Shown piece after piece: positions 46,794-57,827 of a DNA stretch of 64,000 bases (position 1 is the stretch's first letter; the number at the start of each line of letters is the position of its first letter). Source of the stretch: a virus; IMG/VR virus record IMGVR_UViG_3300013132_000033, positions 35,041 through 99,040 of that record; one strand, written 5' to 3'. A program made the position numbers and the translations under genes. The notes under the pieces were generated by a model that did not search any database, was not told where the DNA came from, and was given only the letters and a program-made list of their open reading frames with translations.

Positions 46794-49119
46794 AAATATA
46801 GATACATGGAAAGTAAAAATTCCTAAACTTCATCCTGATAATGAAAAATTTAGTAAAATATGGTCATTATATACAAAACATTGTATAGAAGGATTATGGG
46901 GATTTGATTCAGGAGGTTGGCGTTTTATGCCAGGAACTTTATTTTTTTATGGTAATTTCTTTTCAATTCTTGACATAGATAAAAAACAAAAAGTTCGCCG
47001 ATACGTAAGACCTGACATTCGAGATATAGATTGGATGTTACATTATGCTTATCTTGAATGTCAAGGTTTTTCGGGTTGGAGAGATGATGATGAATATACA
47101 TCTAATTATGATGTATTAAAATGTCAAAGTATAGCAGATACAAATAATCCAAATTTAGTAAGTTCTAAAGGTAAACTTAAAACTTTTATAGCACCTAGAG
47201 AAAATATTAAAAAGTTACATGATAAAGTTAAAGGTCCTCCTTTATATGAAAATCCAGCTAAAAATCTTTTAGTATTTGGATCACGTGGCGGAGGTAAATC
47301 ATTTACTTTTTCTGGTATATCTGGACACCATGTAACATTTGATGGATTAAAGTATTTTACACAAGAAGATTTTGATAATCCTCCTACTATTGAAGTATGT
47401 GTAGGTTCCGGTAATACTGATAAATCATCTGAATTTTGTACTAAAATTGAAGAAGGTTTAAAAGCATTTGGAACAGATAATGATTTAGGGGTATGGGGTA
47501 AAGCTGATAGAGGTGATGATGATTATACTCCCAACCCTTTTTATCGAGATTGGGAAGGTTCTATTGGAGTAGGCAATAAAAAGAATCCGTTTAGATATGA
47601 ATATTCAGCTAAAATAAATAATCGATGGATTCATGGTTTAGGTACTAAAACTAAACTTATACATGTAAACTATTCTGATAAAAAACAAGGTGGTGAAGCA
47701 GCTGCAGCAGGTGGACGTTATGTTTTAATATTATATGAAGAAATTGGTTTAATGTCTAATATTGTTGATGCTTGGTTTTCTAATGTGGGTACTGTAACAG
47801 ATCCTAATGGTAATCAATTTGGAGTACAAGTTGGTATTGGTACATCAGGTAATATTGAATTAGTACAGCAATCAAAAAAGATTTTTAATAATCCTAGAGA
47901 TTATAATTGTTTAGCTTATAATGATATTTGGGAAAATAATGGTGAAATAGGTTTTTTCTTATCTGCTTATTTAACTAACTCTCAATTTAAAGATAAAAAT
48001 GGAAATACTGATGTAGAAAAAGCTTTACAATTTTATATGGACAGGCGTATTGAAGCTGGTAAATCAACTGATCCTGAAGCATTACGTAATGAAAAAATGA
48101 ATTATCCGTTGATACCATCTGATATGTGGCATTCATCTAAAGGACATCACTTTCCAGTAATGGAATTAATGGATAGAGAAAAAGAACTTGTAAAATTTGG
48201 TAAATATAGAACTATTGGTCAACCTGTAAATTTACTTTGGGATTCTACTAGACAATATGGTGTAAAATCAGAACCTGATTTAAATGCTGAACCTTTTTAT
48301 GAGTTTCCTTATAATCACACAAATACTAAATTAGATGGTTCTATTTTAATATATCAAGAACCTGAATTAGTAAATGGCGAAATACCTCCAGATATGTATT
48401 TCTTTGTATTAGATCCTTATGTTGCAGATGATGTTGATGAAGGCGGATCGTTAGGTGCTTTTTATGGTTTTATTAACCCTAAATATGGAGCGCCTTATAA
48501 TGGAGGAAGTATGGTATGTTCTTACGTTGGTAAACACCCTAAAGGACGTGATGGTTATTATGAAAATATTGAAAAGATTATTGCATATTATGGTAATAAT
48601 AATAGAAGTTTATGGTATGAAGCAAACCGAGGTGATTCTGTAAGAGGTTATTTTTTAAGACGTAACAAGTTAAATTTATTAGCGTTAAGTCCTACTAGAG
48701 AAAAAGGTAGTTCGGCCTACGAAAAGAAAGTATTAAGTTATGGTATTATGCTAAACGGTATAGAACAAAAACTTGAAATGATTGGTGATGCTTCAGATTA
48801 TTTAATGCAACAAGTGATTTATAATAATAAAGAAATACGATTTGTTGAAACATTACCTGATATATTTTTAATACGTCAAATGTTAGCATTTGAGTTAAAA
48901 AAACATAAAAACTTTGATGCTGTTTCTGCTTTTATTATGGCACCTTTTGTAATGAAAGAATTAAGACACTTACAAATCAGAGAAGAAGAAAAGAAACATA
49001 GACATAATCCTCTAGCGGCATTATCTATGAATCCTAATATCTTTAGACCTGATGATATACAACAAAAAATAAAACGTTTTCATGAACAATATACAACCTA
49101 CAACGAAAATAATCAATGA
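46747..49119 (+). CDS. terL: Terminase large subunit
   Basis: GSRGGGKS Walker A, LYEEIG Walker B, GTSG, and nuclease motifs LDPY...EANRG...NFDAVSA. Confidence 0.88.
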   Translation: MIQNLDLLKKDLIKIENIDTWKVKIPKLHPDNEKFSKIWSLYTKHCIEGLWGFDSGGWRFMPGTLFFYGNFFSILDIDKKQKVRRYVRPDIRDIDWMLHYAYLECQGFSGWRDDDEYTSNYDVLKCQSIADTNNPNLVSSKGKLKTFIAPRENIKKLHDKVKGPPLYENPAKNLLVFGSRGGGKSFTFSGISGHHVTFDGLKYFTQEDFDNPPTIEVCVGSGNTDKSSEFCTKIEEGLKAFGTDNDLGVWGKADRGDDDYTPNPFYRDWEGSIGVGNKKNPFRYEYSAKINNRWIHGLGTKTKLIHVNYSDKKQGGEAAAAGGRYVLILYEEIGLMSNIVDAWFSNVGTVTDPNGNQFGVQVGIGTSGNIELVQQSKKIFNNPRDYNCLAYNDIWENNGEIGFFLSAYLTNSQFKDKNGNTDVEKALQFYMDRRIEAGKSTDPEALRNEKMNYPLIPSDMWHSSKGHHFPVMELMDREKELVKFGKYRTIGQPVNLLWDSTRQYGVKSEPDLNAEPFYEFPYNHTNTKLDGSILIYQEPELVNGEIPPDMYFFVLDPYVADDVDEGGSLGAFYGFINPKYGAPYNGGSMVCSYVGKHPKGRDGYYENIEKIIAYYGNNNRSLWYEANRGDSVRGYFLRRNKLNLLALSPTREKGSSAYEKKVLSYGIMLNGIEQKLEMIGDASDYLMQQVIYNNKEIRFVETLPDIFLIRQMLAFELKKHKNFDAVSAFIMAPFVMKELRHLQIREEEKKHRHNPLAALSMNPNIFRPDDIQQKIKRFHEQYTTYNENNQ

Positions 49120-50533
49120 TGACTTACAATTTATCATTGATGGTATAAAACTAGCTTCTGATGTAGTTATATCTACAATGGGAGGTTCAGGTAAAAATAT
49201 TATTCTTAGTAATAATAAAGATTTAAACTTTACTAAAGATGGTGTATCAGTAGCTAAAGCTATTTCGCTACCCGATCCTCAAAACAATATTGGAGCTAAA
49301 TTACTTATTAACGCAGCTAATAAAACTGTAGAACAATGTGGTGATGGTACTACATCTACTATTTTATTCGTACGTTCTTTAATTGATTCTATTTATATTC
49401 AAGATATTACAGATGTTAATAAATTTATTGAAGATCTTGATGATTTTGTAGAAAAATTTAAAACTATTATTACACAACAATCTAAACCTGTAGATAATAT
49501 TGATGATATTTACAAGATTGCACTTACATCTAGTAAATCACCAAAGATTGCAGCTTTAATTAAAGATATTTATTCTAAAACTGGTTTTAAAGCAAATATT
49601 TCATTAGAAGAATCTAAAGTATCTGATAAAACGTATTATGATTTAATTGAAGGTTTAAATTTTGAATCTGGTATGGTTAATACACGATTTGCAAATCAAG
49701 AAAATGGTAATTGTACTCTTGAAAGTGCTACGTTAATTCTTGAAGAAGAACTTGTATCATCACCTCAATCTTATGAAAAGATTTTAGGATACTGTTTAGA
49801 AAATGATAATGCTATTGTAATTATGGCGCCTATGTTTTCAGATGCATTTGTTCGATTTGCACTAACTAATAAAATGCAAAATGGGTTAAAAATATGTTTA
49901 GTTAAAACTCCTGGGTATGGTAATTACAGTAAAGAAAATTATAAAGATATAATGTCATTTGCTAATGATGATGGTACAGTAAATAAAATTGTAATTTCTC
50001 AACATGATTTTACAATTTATAATAAACCTGAACTTACTAAACTTAATCGTCGTTTAAATCAATTACAAAAACTTGCTGATAATAGTACTGAAATTTATGA
50101 TATTGAAGATTATACAAATCGAATTCATAGGTTAAATCAAACTGGTGCTATTATTTATGTTGGCGGAGTTACTGAAAAAAATCTAAAAGAAGAATATGAT
50201 CGAATTGAAGATGCTATTGGTGCAGTGTCAGTAGCTATTAAGAATGGTTATGTTCGAGGAGCTGGTGTTGAACTAGTGCAAATTATACCTTTGTTTAAAG
50301 ATAGTCCTATTTTTAAATTAATTAAAGACGTCCTGTATAAACCCTACAGTCAGATTTTAAAAAATGCTAATATTACAAGAACTTTAAAGACAGATATTCC
50401 GTACAATGTACGATCTAAATCCTACGATGAAAACATTATTGATCCGTCAAGTGTAGTTATTAGTTCCTTGACAAATGCAGTATCATTATTTAAACTTTTG
50501 ATTAACACTTCGTATGTTGTACATAACGAGTAA
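49082..50533 (+). CDS. groEL: GroEL/Cpn60-like chaperonin
   Basis: TMGGSGKN, TKDGVSVAK, GDGTTS, KTPGYG, VGGVTE, RIEDA, GAGVEL and IIDP. Confidence 0.88.
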   Translation: MNNIQPTTKIINDDLQFIIDGIKLASDVVISTMGGSGKNIILSNNKDLNFTKDGVSVAKAISLPDPQNNIGAKLLINAANKTVEQCGDGTTSTILFVRSLIDSIYIQDITDVNKFIEDLDDFVEKFKTIITQQSKPVDNIDDIYKIALTSSKSPKIAALIKDIYSKTGFKANISLEESKVSDKTYYDLIEGLNFESGMVNTRFANQENGNCTLESATLILEEELVSSPQSYEKILGYCLENDNAIVIMAPMFSDAFVRFALTNKMQNGLKICLVKTPGYGNYSKENYKDIMSFANDDGTVNKIVISQHDFTIYNKPELTKLNRRLNQLQKLADNSTEIYDIEDYTNRIHRLNQTGAIIYVGGVTEKNLKEEYDRIEDAIGAVSVAIKNGYVRGAGVELVQIIPLFKDSPIFKLIKDVLYKPYSQILKNANITRTLKTDIPYNVRSKSYDENIIDPSSVVISSLTNAVSLFKLLINTSYVVHNE

Positions 50534-50544
50534 TAAATTTTAAA

Positions 50545-53139
50545 ATGGCTAAACTACAAAAAAAGAATCCAGTTTTTACTTTAAAAGTTTCTGAAAAAGA
50601 AAAATATTCTGATGATTGTGATTGGTTTAAACGTTACATGAATTATGTAATACCATTGCAAACAGCAGTTGTTGAAGATTATGATATGATGAAAATGTCA
50701 TATGAAGTTGCAAATAATAATTTAAGTGGTTTTAAAGATAAAGTAAAAGCTTTTTGTAATCCACTTGGAGAAGATATAGGACAAATTGAAGAAGAGCTTG
50801 TACCTTATCCTGAATTACATAATAAAGTAAATGCTCTTAAAGGTGAAATGCTAAAGCGTAGCGATGATTTTAAAATCGTGTTATTAACAGCTAAAGCAAT
50901 TCAAGATAAAAATGAAGCATTGTTTAATGCTATTAAAGCATCTGTAGATGAGAAATTGGGTATTCAAATGGAATCTCAAAAAGCTCAAATGCAAGGTATG
51001 TCTAAAGAACAAGTTGATGAATATGTTAAATCATTACGTACACAATTAGAACCAGCAGATTTAGCTGTAAAAACATGGCAATCTGAAATTGAAATATTTT
51101 ATTCTAAGGCATTAAATTATTTAATGTACGATCAAGATATTAAAGCTAAAAAACTTGAAACAATTGAAGACGTTATTAAAGTAGACAGATGTTTTATTTA
51201 TTCAGGTTGGAAACATGGAAAACCTGTTTTAGAGTTACGTAACCCATTATTTTCAATTTATCATAAATCTCCAAATGAAAGGTTTATTCATAAGGGTGAT
51301 TATTTTTGTTATAGACAAGCTATCACTCCTGCTGAAATTTTTAATAATTATGATCTAACTGATGAAGAACTTCAAAAGTTAGGTATTAATAATTATACAA
51401 CTGCTGTTGCAGATAAACGTCATGCTGTAGGTAGTAAAACTGCTACATACGCATATGATAAGACTAATCAAGAATTATTAATGGCTGCAGATAAACAATT
51501 AGTACATGATAAAACTATTGGTATGCACCAGTCAAGAGCTCAATCATTAGCTCGTCAATCAGACTTAATTTGGGAAACTCATTTTGAGTTTAAAGCATTT
51601 AAAGAAGTAATATTTTTATCGTACATAGATGATTATAATAAAGAAGTTGTAACTGTATTACCATCATCATTTTCAGACAATATTCCTGATAGTGCTTATA
51701 GCGAAAAGTTTACTAATAGATATGGTGTACAAACTACACGTTTAGTATGGTTTGATACTGTAACTGGCACTGAATATAAAGCTGAAAAAATATGGATTCC
51801 TCGTAAATATGAAATTGTAAGGTTAGGTAATCTTGTATATCCTATTTGTAGAGAAGTTCCTAATCAACATACTAATATAGATGATCCATTTGGAACATTT
51901 GAGTTATCTACTAAAGGTGCTGTATTTAGTGCTCGTAATGCTAAATCAGTATCATTATTACAACGTGCTTTACCTTCTTATTTTCAATTGTTATATATCA
52001 AGCATATTGAAAATAGAGAATTATCTAGGTATTTAGGTTCTAATTTAGATATTGATGTAGATCAAATACCTGATGATTTAGGTAAAGATTTTATGGGTAA
52101 TGATATTCGTGACAAGTTTTTAACATGGTATACATTCCTTAAAAAGACAGGTATTAACTTTTACTCAGGTTCTCAAACAAGTCTTGGAGGATTACCTCCA
52201 GCCACTCGTTCTCCTGGATCTAAAGGTAATTCATTTGATAATGCTATGAATATATTCAATCTTCAAAATCTTGCTGAAATATTAAAAAAAGAAATTGGTA
52301 TGGCTATGGGAGTATCTCCTCAACGAGAAGCTTTATTTGATAGTAGATCAAATGTAGCAGATAATCAACAAGCTATTGCTCAATCATATAATATTACAGA
52401 ACCTTATTTTTACATGCATAATGAAGTTTGGAAATATGCTATCAATGATTGGTTAATTAACTTTACAACTTATTGTAAAAATATATTTACCCAAAATCCT
52501 CAATTAAAAGAACATACTTTACATTATATTATGCCTAACGGTATGGAAGAACTTCTTAGAGTAACTCCTGATATGTTAGATCATAATAGTGTAGGATTAT
52601 ATCTTGGAGATTCTGGTAGAAGTCAGCGATATATCGATACTATGTTTAATTACGGTATGTCATTTGCTCAGAATGGTGGTCAAGGTATGACCGCTATCTC
52701 ACAATTAATTATGGCGTTAACTAGTGGTGCGCCACCTGCAGAAATCCATAAATTAATAAGTATGGAAGAAGCTAAGCAACAACAACGTCAACAAGAAATG
52801 CAACAAAAACAACTTGAATCTCAAGAACGTCAAGTTAAAATGCAAGTTGAAGCTCGAGAAGATATCCAAGCTCATGAAATTGAAAAGATTCGAGTTAAAG
52901 CTGAAGAAGATCGTACTACAGATGTTATGACAGCATCTATTGGGGCAATGGCTTGGAATGAAGATAAAGATGTTGACAAGAATGGATTACCTGATGTATT
53001 AGATGTAGCAAATCATTATTTAGATCAATCTAAGTTCCAATTGGAACAGGCTAAATTTGAACATCAAAAAGAAGTTGATAAAGAAAAACTGACCATTGAT
53101 AAAAAGAAGGCGTCGCAATCAAAAACAACTAAAAAATAA
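50545..53139 (+). CDS. Portal protein
   Basis: 864 aa; GVSPQRE motif and C-terminal Q-rich coiled coil; TerL-portal-scaffold-MCP order typical of crAss-like phages. Confidence 0.75.
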   Translation: MAKLQKKNPVFTLKVSEKEKYSDDCDWFKRYMNYVIPLQTAVVEDYDMMKMSYEVANNNLSGFKDKVKAFCNPLGEDIGQIEEELVPYPELHNKVNALKGEMLKRSDDFKIVLLTAKAIQDKNEALFNAIKASVDEKLGIQMESQKAQMQGMSKEQVDEYVKSLRTQLEPADLAVKTWQSEIEIFYSKALNYLMYDQDIKAKKLETIEDVIKVDRCFIYSGWKHGKPVLELRNPLFSIYHKSPNERFIHKGDYFCYRQAITPAEIFNNYDLTDEELQKLGINNYTTAVADKRHAVGSKTATYAYDKTNQELLMAADKQLVHDKTIGMHQSRAQSLARQSDLIWETHFEFKAFKEVIFLSYIDDYNKEVVTVLPSSFSDNIPDSAYSEKFTNRYGVQTTRLVWFDTVTGTEYKAEKIWIPRKYEIVRLGNLVYPICREVPNQHTNIDDPFGTFELSTKGAVFSARNAKSVSLLQRALPSYFQLLYIKHIENRELSRYLGSNLDIDVDQIPDDLGKDFMGNDIRDKFLTWYTFLKKTGINFYSGSQTSLGGLPPATRSPGSKGNSFDNAMNIFNLQNLAEILKKEIGMAMGVSPQREALFDSRSNVADNQQAIAQSYNITEPYFYMHNEVWKYAINDWLINFTTYCKNIFTQNPQLKEHTLHYIMPNGMEELLRVTPDMLDHNSVGLYLGDSGRSQRYIDTMFNYGMSFAQNGGQGMTAISQLIMALTSGAPPAEIHKLISMEEAKQQQRQQEMQQKQLESQERQVKMQVEAREDIQAHEIEKIRVKAEEDRTTDVMTASIGAMAWNEDKDVDKNGLPDVLDVANHYLDQSKFQLEQAKFEHQKEVDKEKLTIDKKKASQSKTTKK

Positions 53140-53225
53140 TTTTGCAGTATTGATTATAAAATCATAAAAAATGTTATTATTACTATAATGGAAAAAACTA
53201 AACTTAAAATTAATCCTACATTTGC

Positions 53226-54239
53226 ATGGAAAATTTAACAATCCCTGAATTTGAAGATATCGTAATTGAAGATATTTCTCAAGAAGATAAAAATAATACT
53301 ACTAAAAAAGAACCTGAACAAGAGAAAGATCCTGATATAGCAGAAGATGTTATTATGTCAGATGATAAACAAGAAGATAATAAACAAGAATATGGTGAAA
53401 ATGCAGATGCTGCAGCAGTAGCTATTTTTGAAGAACTTATTAATAAAGGTATTCTTGATGAATCTGATCGTGAATCTTTTGATGGTTCCTGGGAAAAGAT
53501 TGAAGAGTCTTTGGATACATTACCACAACGAGTATTAAATGGTATTATTCAACAAGCTCCAGATCTCACTAAAAATGTTATTAGATTTGCGTTCGCTTCA
53601 GATAATATTACTAGAGATGATCTTGTTAATTTTTTAAATACTTATCTTGATGAAACTAAACCTGAAAATGTAGATATTTCTACAATGGATGATGCTCGAG
53701 ATTATTTATATAAAGTATACGAAGAACGTGGTTTAAAACCAAAAGCAATTAATGCAGCACTTGACTCATTAGAAGATGAAGGTGATTTACTTGATGAAGC
53801 TAAGAAAGAACATGAAAAGTTTCAACAAGAAAAACAAAAAACACCTAAATCAGAAAAACTTATTAGTGATAAAGAAAATGAAAAGCTTCAACAAACTCAA
53901 CAGCGCAATCAATTTATTGCATCAGTAAATGATGAACTTGAAGCTACTGGTTGGAAACCAACAAAAATTAATCAAATTCGACAAAACTTTACTAATATAA
54001 ATCAAATATTACAAGATGTTTATAAAAATCCAAAATCTTTAGTTAAACTCGTAGATTTTCTTACTTATTATAATAATGGTGATATTGACTATAGTAAATT
54101 TATTAATTCAATTGAAACACCAAAAGCTAAAGAGTTTAAATCAAGATTTCAAGACATTGTAAATTCACCAACATTATCAACTAAATCTAATTTTAAAAAC
54201 CCAAATTCAAAATCAGATGACGAAATTCCGATTATCTGA
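53226..54239 (+). CDS. Acidic scaffolding-like protein
   Basis: D/E-rich and helical; lies between portal and MCP. Confidence 0.5.
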   Translation: MENLTIPEFEDIVIEDISQEDKNNTTKKEPEQEKDPDIAEDVIMSDDKQEDNKQEYGENADAAAVAIFEELINKGILDESDRESFDGSWEKIEESLDTLPQRVLNGIIQQAPDLTKNVIRFAFASDNITRDDLVNFLNTYLDETKPENVDISTMDDARDYLYKVYEERGLKPKAINAALDSLEDEGDLLDEAKKEHEKFQQEKQKTPKSEKLISDKENEKLQQTQQRNQFIASVNDELEATGWKPTKINQIRQNFTNINQILQDVYKNPKSLVKLVDFLTYYNNGDIDYSKFINSIETPKAKEFKSRFQDIVNSPTLSTKSNFKNPNSKSDDEIPII

Positions 54240-54255
54240 TTAAACAAAATTTATC

Positions 54256-55857
54256 ATGGAAAGAAAAACAGCATTACAAACTGTAGAACGTCACGCGTGG
54301 GGTGGTAGTTTCTTTGACTCCCTTACTCATGCCGCTATGTTTCGGCGTTATCAACCATTTAACTTTGGTGTACGTACTTCACAATTATTTTCTTCTAAAC
54401 TTGGTAGCCATCTGATTAATAAGAAGTTTACGTACATGACTATTGCCAAGAAAAATGTTTATGTGCTTCCTGGAGGCACTGATGATTATCAATGGTATCT
54501 TATGGGAGATGCTGATGTAAACTTCCGTTTTACTGAAGTAATTACATCAAGCACTACTCCTGGTAAAGGAGGTCTTCCGTTTAAGATTGCTCTTGATCGT
54601 GATTGGCTGCATGAGCCGTCTATTATCAAACTGGAAGGTTCTGATCTTCCGTTGCTCCGTATTCTCGGACATCCTGTTCAACGTAGCACTAACTCTTGGG
54701 AGTATGAAGTTGAACTTCAAACTGGTGATCTGAATGCTTGGATTCCTTTGGAATACCTGCAACCAGGTCGTAGGGCTATGCGTGTATCCAGTCTTGTATC
54801 TGACGAACTGAATACTAAATATGCTCCAGATCAGTATGGTGAAATGTTCAAGCTTCAGTCTTGGGTATCTAACTATGCTAATAAAGCTGAATTTACTGAC
54901 AAATTTATTCGTACTGAAATTGCTTGTAAATCTGAAGGTCGCCCAATGCCTGCTAGCATGGGTTACAGTGTAGGTGGTTCTAACTATAATGAAAGTGCAG
55001 TTAGTTCTGGTTATGTTTATCAACAGCAGTTCCAGTCTAATGACAAAACTGTTTATGAAAAAGGTGTATTCATTTCTAAAATTGAAGCTCGTCTTCTTGA
55101 GCGTACAGAAATGGATCGCGAAATGGCTATGGAATGGGGTCAACTGCAAAAAACAGTAGATCGTGATTCTGGTCGTACTATTAAAGCTGCTCCAGGTTGG
55201 AGGCAAATTGTAAAAGATGGTCACTATAAAGAGCATAATGGTACACTTACACTAAGTGAAATTTATGAATATCTTTCTCAGATTTTCATCACTCGTAAGT
55301 CATTTGCTGATCGTCATATTGTAATTGCTTCTGGTGAAGCTGGTATTGAATTTCTTAGCCGACTGATTGCTCAAGAGGCTTCTCAATTCCAATACATTGA
55401 TACACTGTTTGCTTCTAAGCGTTCCGATCCTAAAGGATACCATGAAAACGAACTTGAGTTTGGTGCTCAGTTTACCAAAATCAAAATGATGAATGGTGTA
55501 ATTGTTGAGATTGTACATGATCCTATCAAAGATGATCGTAAACTGTTCCCTGAACTGGCTCCAGGTACTAATCGTACTATTGAGTCTTATGCTATGGACA
55601 TTTTTGACTTTGGTACATCTGAGCAAAAAGCTAATGATGCTGCCCGTGATGAAAATATCACTATGGTAATGCAAGATGGTGTTGAATCTTATTACAGCGT
55701 TTCTAACGTTTATAACTTTGAAACAGGTGCTGTTAAAGATGGTTCTAATGCTTACTCTAACAATAAAGAACTTGGTATTTACCGCGAAATGAGCGGAAGT
55801 CTGTGCGTATGGGATGTCACCCGTGTTGGTCGCATCGCTTTTGTCCCGACTGTTTAA
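54256..55857 (+). CDS. Major capsid protein
   Basis: 533 aa; high-expression codon bias; terminator immediately downstream; canonical position. Confidence 0.75.
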   Translation: MERKTALQTVERHAWGGSFFDSLTHAAMFRRYQPFNFGVRTSQLFSSKLGSHLINKKFTYMTIAKKNVYVLPGGTDDYQWYLMGDADVNFRFTEVITSSTTPGKGGLPFKIALDRDWLHEPSIIKLEGSDLPLLRILGHPVQRSTNSWEYEVELQTGDLNAWIPLEYLQPGRRAMRVSSLVSDELNTKYAPDQYGEMFKLQSWVSNYANKAEFTDKFIRTEIACKSEGRPMPASMGYSVGGSNYNESAVSSGYVYQQQFQSNDKTVYEKGVFISKIEARLLERTEMDREMAMEWGQLQKTVDRDSGRTIKAAPGWRQIVKDGHYKEHNGTLTLSEIYEYLSQIFITRKSFADRHIVIASGEAGIEFLSRLIAQEASQFQYIDTLFASKRSDPKGYHENELEFGAQFTKIKMMNGVIVEIVHDPIKDDRKLFPELAPGTNRTIESYAMDIFDFGTSEQKANDAARDENITMVMQDGVESYYSVSNVYNFETGAVKDGSNAYSNNKELGIYREMSGSLCVWDVTRVGRIAFVPTV

Positions 55858-55868
55858 TTTGATGGCTT

Positions 55869-55904
55869 TGACCGTTGAGCCGACAATCAACGGTCACTTT
55901 TTTT
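55869..55904 (+). terminator. Intrinsic terminator after MCP
   Basis: TGACCGTTGA-GCCGACAA-TCAACGGTCA followed by C and T7. Confidence 0.85.
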
Positions 55905-55937
55905 AAACCTACATAAATAGCAAGAAAAGCTAAAGAC

Positions 55938-57071
55938 ATGAAAAGTCAAGAAATAACTACAATTTTTGTTAATCCAGTACCTCGTATTTCAGCTCAAGGT
56001 CGCCATAAACAAGTGTACACTGTACAAGCTAAAACTGGAGAATTTGTTCCTACTACAGGAATGAATAAAAATAAAGAATTTGGTGTGCCATCTGAATATT
56101 CTTTCAGGTTAAATCTTACTACTAATAAACTTATTACTGGTTTAGATCGTATGATTGAAAATCCTTTTAAAGATTCTAAACCTGAAGATATTATTGAAAC
56201 ATATGGTTTATCACAAGATTGGTTAAAACATTTAGAATCTATTGTAAAACAAAGTCAAATTAAGTTGCAGACTAAGTATGAAATTATGGATAATGTTGGT
56301 TATAATTTCTATACTGATGAAGTAACTGGTACAATGTTTAGTTCTAATTGGAAACAAAGTCTTAATAAAGAACGTAACTTTTTAGAAACATTTAAAATTG
56401 TATTGTACGATAGTCCTAATAGATTTACCGATGAAACACCTCGTGGAAGAATTGCTATTCAACTTATTAAAATGCATCATAAAATTGCTAAAGTTAAAAA
56501 CGAAGTAAACGCTTCTGTGCATGACTGGTATATTTCTGAAGAGAATGAGGCTCAAATGGAAAAACAAAAACGTAGAGATATTATTGAAGATGCCATTGGT
56601 AAGTGGTATACTATGAAAACTAACAGTACACCATATAATATATATATGTTAGGTACACTGTTAACAAATCATGATGGTACACCAATTGTTAAAGGTAAAC
56701 TTCGAGATAGTACAGTAAAAGAAAATATATCTGACTATCTGCATGAACAATCTACATATCAGTTAGAAAATATTGAGAAGTTTTCAAAACTGTATGATAT
56801 GATGACATCTAAAGAAAATCGTGAACGTGTAAAGATTATGTATCTTGTAGGTCAAGCGATTAATACAGATGTTATCACTGTAAGAGATGGTTTCTATATC
56901 TGGCATTCTAAAATTAGTCAACCTAATATGTATAAACATACTACTTATGATGCTTTGGTAAGTAACCTTCAACGTGAATATAATATATTCAATTCTAAAG
57001 ATAAAGAAGTTACCAATTGGTATAAAGATCTTTATGAAGAATTGAGTACTAAAAATGTTTGGTTAGAATAA
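55938..57071 (+). CDS. Conserved structural-module protein
   Basis: Position after MCP. Confidence 0.5.
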   Translation: MKSQEITTIFVNPVPRISAQGRHKQVYTVQAKTGEFVPTTGMNKNKEFGVPSEYSFRLNLTTNKLITGLDRMIENPFKDSKPEDIIETYGLSQDWLKHLESIVKQSQIKLQTKYEIMDNVGYNFYTDEVTGTMFSSNWKQSLNKERNFLETFKIVLYDSPNRFTDETPRGRIAIQLIKMHHKIAKVKNEVNASVHDWYISEENEAQMEKQKRRDIIEDAIGKWYTMKTNSTPYNIYMLGTLLTNHDGTPIVKGKLRDSTVKENISDYLHEQSTYQLENIEKFSKLYDMMTSKENRERVKIMYLVGQAINTDVITVRDGFYIWHSKISQPNMYKHTTYDALVSNLQREYNIFNSKDKEVTNWYKDLYEELSTKNVWLE

Positions 57072-57072
57072 C

Positions 57073-57825
57073 ATGGATATTAAACGAATGCATTCCGAGG
57101 TCAAACTTCGGTTTAACAAATTAAATTCAAATCATAAAACAGATTTGCCTACAGCATTTATTGACGATTTTTTAAACGATGCTCAGAATGAATTCGTTGA
57201 AATATGTTATTCTGCAAATGCTGCCAAACGTTTTAAACTTGGATTTGAATTTACTCAACAACGTATGGATATGTTATCTTCTTTAGTTATTCCTGAAGAA
57301 GATGCGTCATTAACTTTAATTAAACCTAATATTTATAGGATAAATCTTGACAACTTAGTTCATAAATATCGAAACTTTGTATCAGGTTATATTAATTCTA
57401 ATTGTGGTAAAATTGATTTAAACATTATTAGACATAATGATTTAGAAGGTATGTTATTAAATGAAAATACTAAACCTTCTAAAGTATGGAAACGATGTTT
57501 AGCTACTATGACAGGTAATACTTCTGTAGCTGGAAATCAATCAATACTTGTATATACAGGTGGTCAATTTACACCAACTAATGCTACACTTACTTATTTA
57601 AAAGAACCTCGAAAAATGTTTTATAGTGGGTATAATAGTTTAGAATATATTAATGGTGATTTAACTGCGCCATCTGCAACAACACCATCTATTAATTGTG
57701 AATTACCTGATACTGGAAGTGCTCACACTATTATTGTAGATATTGCTGTACAACTTATAGCAAGATCTATAGAAGATTTATCTAAAATTCAAATTGCTGA
57801 AGATAAAATTACAAGAACAATTTAA
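57073..57825 (+). CDS. Head-tail ring/adaptor-like protein
   Basis: IDDFLNDAQ...GFE..Q.R.D.L...YLKEP...CELP...H..IVD.AV pattern recalls crAss-like ring proteins. Confidence 0.55.
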   Translation: MDIKRMHSEVKLRFNKLNSNHKTDLPTAFIDDFLNDAQNEFVEICYSANAAKRFKLGFEFTQQRMDMLSSLVIPEEDASLTLIKPNIYRINLDNLVHKYRNFVSGYINSNCGKIDLNIIRHNDLEGMLLNENTKPSKVWKRCLATMTGNTSVAGNQSILVYTGGQFTPTNATLTYLKEPRKMFYSGYNSLEYINGDLTAPSATTPSINCELPDTGSAHTIIVDIAVQLIARSIEDLSKIQIAEDKITRTI

Positions 57826-57827
57826 TT

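Noticed and set aside
54547-55890. - strand ORFs of 229 and 196 aa
   Set aside because: Antisense to the major capsid gene; a by-product of its codon bias.
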